DNA of 50,386 nucleotides from Candidatus Omnitrophota bacterium (lineage in GTDB: Bacteria; Omnitrophota; Gorgyraeia; Pluralincolimonadales; Pluralincolimonadaceae). Location: assembly GCA_903889135.1 (NCBI GenBank), contig CAISWF010000161.1:1-50386 (forward strand), in the 5' to 3' direction. This document shows positions 48,366 to 50,386 of the stretch, piece after piece. A model generated the notes under the pieces. That model was not told the DNA's origin and searched no databases. It worked only from the letters and a program-made list of their open reading frames with translations. Position numbers and translations under genes: made by a program. Positions within the stretch are counted from its first letter, which is position 1. The number at the start of each line of letters is the position of its first letter.

Positions 48366-48737
48366 ATGGGTATGGAAAGCCGCGCCGGCGCGCGCGTAAG
48401 CATAAACGCGACTCTCACGGTCGATGTGGATACGGGCGGGAAGGGGATCGCCAGGTTTCTCCGCGAACCCCAGAAGGCCGTGATCGCTGATATAAGCGCC
48501 GTCGGCATCGGGGCGGTCTGCCCGATATTCCTTCCCAAGTGCGCCGCGCTTGTGATCGACATGGCCGCGTCGGCATTGAGTACGGATAAACCCGCCAGGA
48601 TAAAAGGCGAGGTATGTTATTGCCGCCCGTCGAAGGACGGCAAATACCGGCTGGGCATAAAGTTCGTAGATATAGATAATGCTCTCCTCGACAAGATAAA
48701 AGAATACGTCGAGCAGAACAAGGATAAGGCAGTTTAA
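48366..48737 (+). CDS. PilZ domain (c-di-GMP-binding) protein
   Basis: RxxxR (ESRAGARV) and DxSxxG (ADISAVGIG) motifs. ~120 aa beta-barrel-sized. Start at ATG 48366, 6 nt after AGGAAG; the ORF-track start 48336 would overlap rnpB. Confidence 0.75.
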   Translation: MGMESRAGARVSINATLTVDVDTGGKGIARFLREPQKAVIADISAVGIGAVCPIFLPKCAALVIDMAASALSTDKPARIKGEVCYCRPSKDGKYRLGIKFVDIDNALLDKIKEYVEQNKDKAV

Positions 48738-48758
48738 GGTCTTCCAAAAAGGGCCTAT

Positions 48759-49853
48759 ATGGACATAAAGACAATTTTCAGGTCGATGGTGGATTCAGGG
48801 GCTTCCGATATCTTCTTCAAGGTCGGGAGCCCTGTTAATTTCAGGATGGACGGCCTGCTCAAGGTACAAGGCAAAGAGAGCCTCGGCGAAAAAGACATAC
48901 GCAAGATGATCGACGAGGTATTGAATGACGTCCAGAAGAAGGTTTTCGAGAACGCGCGGGAGATAGATTTCGCGGTAAACTTCGAGGGGACCGGCAGGTT
49001 CAGGGGCAGTATCTTCTACCAGAACGGGATGCCCGGCGCGGTCTTCCGTCATATCAGGGGCAATATCCAGACTTTCGAGGAGTTGAACCTGCCCGCCAAG
49101 GTCCTGGGTAAACTTTCGGTCGAGAAGCGCGGATTGATCCTTGTCACCGGCGCCACCGGAAGCGGAAAGTCTACCACGATTGCGAGCATCATCGAATATA
49201 TAAACCAGAACCTTCCGAGCCATATCGTCACCATTGAAGATCCGATCGAGTTCACGTTTATCGACAAGAGATCGTTGATAGAGCAGAGGGAGCTCGGTAT
49301 CGATACGCCGTCCTATCTCGATGCGCTCAAGCATGTCATGTACCAGAGCCCGGATGTCATATTTATAGGGAATATCCGCGACCAGGATACGATGACCGCG
49401 GCGATGAACGCGGCCGAGACCGGGCAGCTGGTGGTTTCCACCATACATTCGGTAAACGCGACCCAGACGGTCGAAAGGATAGTCAATTTTTATCCGCCTT
49501 ACCAGCATCAAGAGATCCGCATGCAGTTGTCATTGCTCCTTAAGGGCGTCATCGCGCAGAGGCTCGTCCCTGTCAAGGAAGGAAAGGGGAGGATCCCCGC
49601 CTGCGAAATAATGTTGCTTACCCCCACCATCTCAGCCCTCATCAGGGAGGGAAAGACGAACGAGCTCCTGCAGTATATCGAGGAGGGCGGCCTCTTCGGG
49701 ATGCAGACATTCGACCAGTGCCTGGCCAAGTTCTATCTAGAAAAGAAGATCTCGATAGAAGACGCCAGGAGGTTCTGCGATTCCGACGCGATCCTCGAGC
49801 TCGCCCTCAAAGGCATCAAACGCACCGAACGCGGCACCCCATTCTCCCGCTAA
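48759..49853 (+). CDS. pilT: PilT/PilU family type IV pilus retraction ATPase
   Basis: ASDIFFKVGSPVNFRMDG, Walker A TGATGSGKSTT, TIEDPIEF, IFIGNIRD, STIHS, ISALIREGK (AIRNLIRE-like). Confidence 0.88.
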   Translation: MDIKTIFRSMVDSGASDIFFKVGSPVNFRMDGLLKVQGKESLGEKDIRKMIDEVLNDVQKKVFENAREIDFAVNFEGTGRFRGSIFYQNGMPGAVFRHIRGNIQTFEELNLPAKVLGKLSVEKRGLILVTGATGSGKSTTIASIIEYINQNLPSHIVTIEDPIEFTFIDKRSLIEQRELGIDTPSYLDALKHVMYQSPDVIFIGNIRDQDTMTAAMNAAETGQLVVSTIHSVNATQTVERIVNFYPPYQHQEIRMQLSLLLKGVIAQRLVPVKEGKGRIPACEIMLLTPTISALIREGKTNELLQYIEEGGLFGMQTFDQCLAKFYLEKKISIEDARRFCDSDAILELALKGIKRTERGTPFSR

Positions 49854-49869
49854 AGTTTAAGGTGTAATC

Positions 49870-50386
49870 ATGCGGAATAGCACCAATAGAAACCAAGAAA
49901 TGAAAAGGTATTTAATAATCGGTATATCTATATTTATAATAGGTATCTTAGCGGTTGCTTTTATAATACCGCAGATATCGACGATAAAAAATCGTATTGA
50001 CAATAATGACCCAAAAGCTCTCTTTCAGATATATAAAGAAAAACTCTCCGCATTACGCCTTCCGGATATCGACTTAAAGAATATAACATTTGATAGCTTC
50101 ATGGTTATTTTTCCATCCAATTATCCGATATGGGCGAAAAGATATGCCCTGTTGACATTAAAGGATAATATGTTTTATATGACGGTAGATCTAAATACCG
50201 ATAAAGTCACGAGTTGTTCCAATAAGTATGTAGGCAAAAATCCAGAAAACGTCGTAACTTTAAATCTAAAACCGGAAAAAACAAAAGATGAGATTATCTA
50301 TGAAGCTAAAAAATATCTAACAATATTAAATGGAGAAGTGCCAAAGGATGCGACTATTACTTATGTAAAATACGAAATCCCTTCAA
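49870..50386 (+). CDS. Hypothetical membrane-anchored protein, 3'-truncated by the window edge, AT-rich
   Basis: Open frame from ATG 49870 to the window end, translated by hand: MRNSTNRNQEMKRYLIIGISIFIIGILAVAFIIPQ...KYEIPS, with no stop. One N-terminal TM helix. Codon usage and base composition differ sharply from all other genes. It is absent from the ORF track because it has no stop. Confidence 0.55.
   Translation, partial: MRNSTNRNQEMKRYLIIGISIFIIGILAVAFIIPQISTIKNRIDNNDPKALFQIYKEKLSALRLPDIDLKNITFDSFMVIFPSNYPIWAKRYALLTLKDNMFYMTVDLNTDKVTSCSNKYVGKNPENVVTLNLKPEKTKDEIIYEAKKYLTILNGEVPKDATITYVKYEIPS

Noticed and set aside
47976-48399. ORFs 47976-48293 (-) and 48205-48399 (+), and the 48336 start of the PilZ ORF
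   Set aside because: They overlap the RNase P RNA gene, whose conserved core strings are unambiguous. The PilZ start was moved to ATG 48366.

Overview
The window is a gene-dense, visibly >50% G+C stretch of a diderm-type bacterial chromosome. It is transcribed almost entirely on the + strand; only rpmB is on the - strand. It opens with the 3' ~1.9 kb of a 23S rRNA, a 5S rRNA and an intrinsic terminator. Directly behind the terminator is a consensus promoter driving four prepilin-type genes in GspH-I-J-K order. The fourth is a 966-aa GspK-like protein carrying a PA14 domain, an EF-hand-like loop and a long aromatic-rich C-terminal extension. It is followed by a translationally coupled secreted protein of unknown function. 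The rest is mostly conserved housekeeping synteny: an EF-G paralogue, yebC-ruvCAB, spoIID-like, queA-tgt-yajC-secDF, a CDF transporter, recJ, rpmB, recG, rsmD-coaD, and yceD-rpmF-plsX-fabHDG-acpP-fabF. A butyryl-CoA-dehydrogenase/EtfBA set, with a ferredoxin domain on EtfA, is fused onto the fab string. Next come cvpA, a NIF3-like gene, dnaG-rpoD, a Tat-signal DUF362 protein with a NapH/NapG-like polyferredoxin, and a TolC-HlyD-MFS efflux set. The last part holds a short PilB/GspE-like ATPase, two tRNAs, a Zn-ribbon protein, rnhA, RNase P RNA, and PilZ-PilT. The final ~520 nt switch abruptly to AT-rich DNA encoding a membrane-anchored unknown protein. I saw no CRISPR array, transposase, integrase or recognisable defence gene. 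The best candidate for an undescribed system is the orphan minor-pseudopilin operon with its giant PA14 tip protein (2.2-7.8 kb), possibly served by the dispersed ATPase and PilZ genes at 45-50 kb. Secondary candidates are the Tat-DUF362/polyferredoxin redox pair and a class of apparently leaderless promoters. Protein family calls come from motifs read in the supplied translations. No database search was run, and taxonomic placement cannot be made from the sequence alone.
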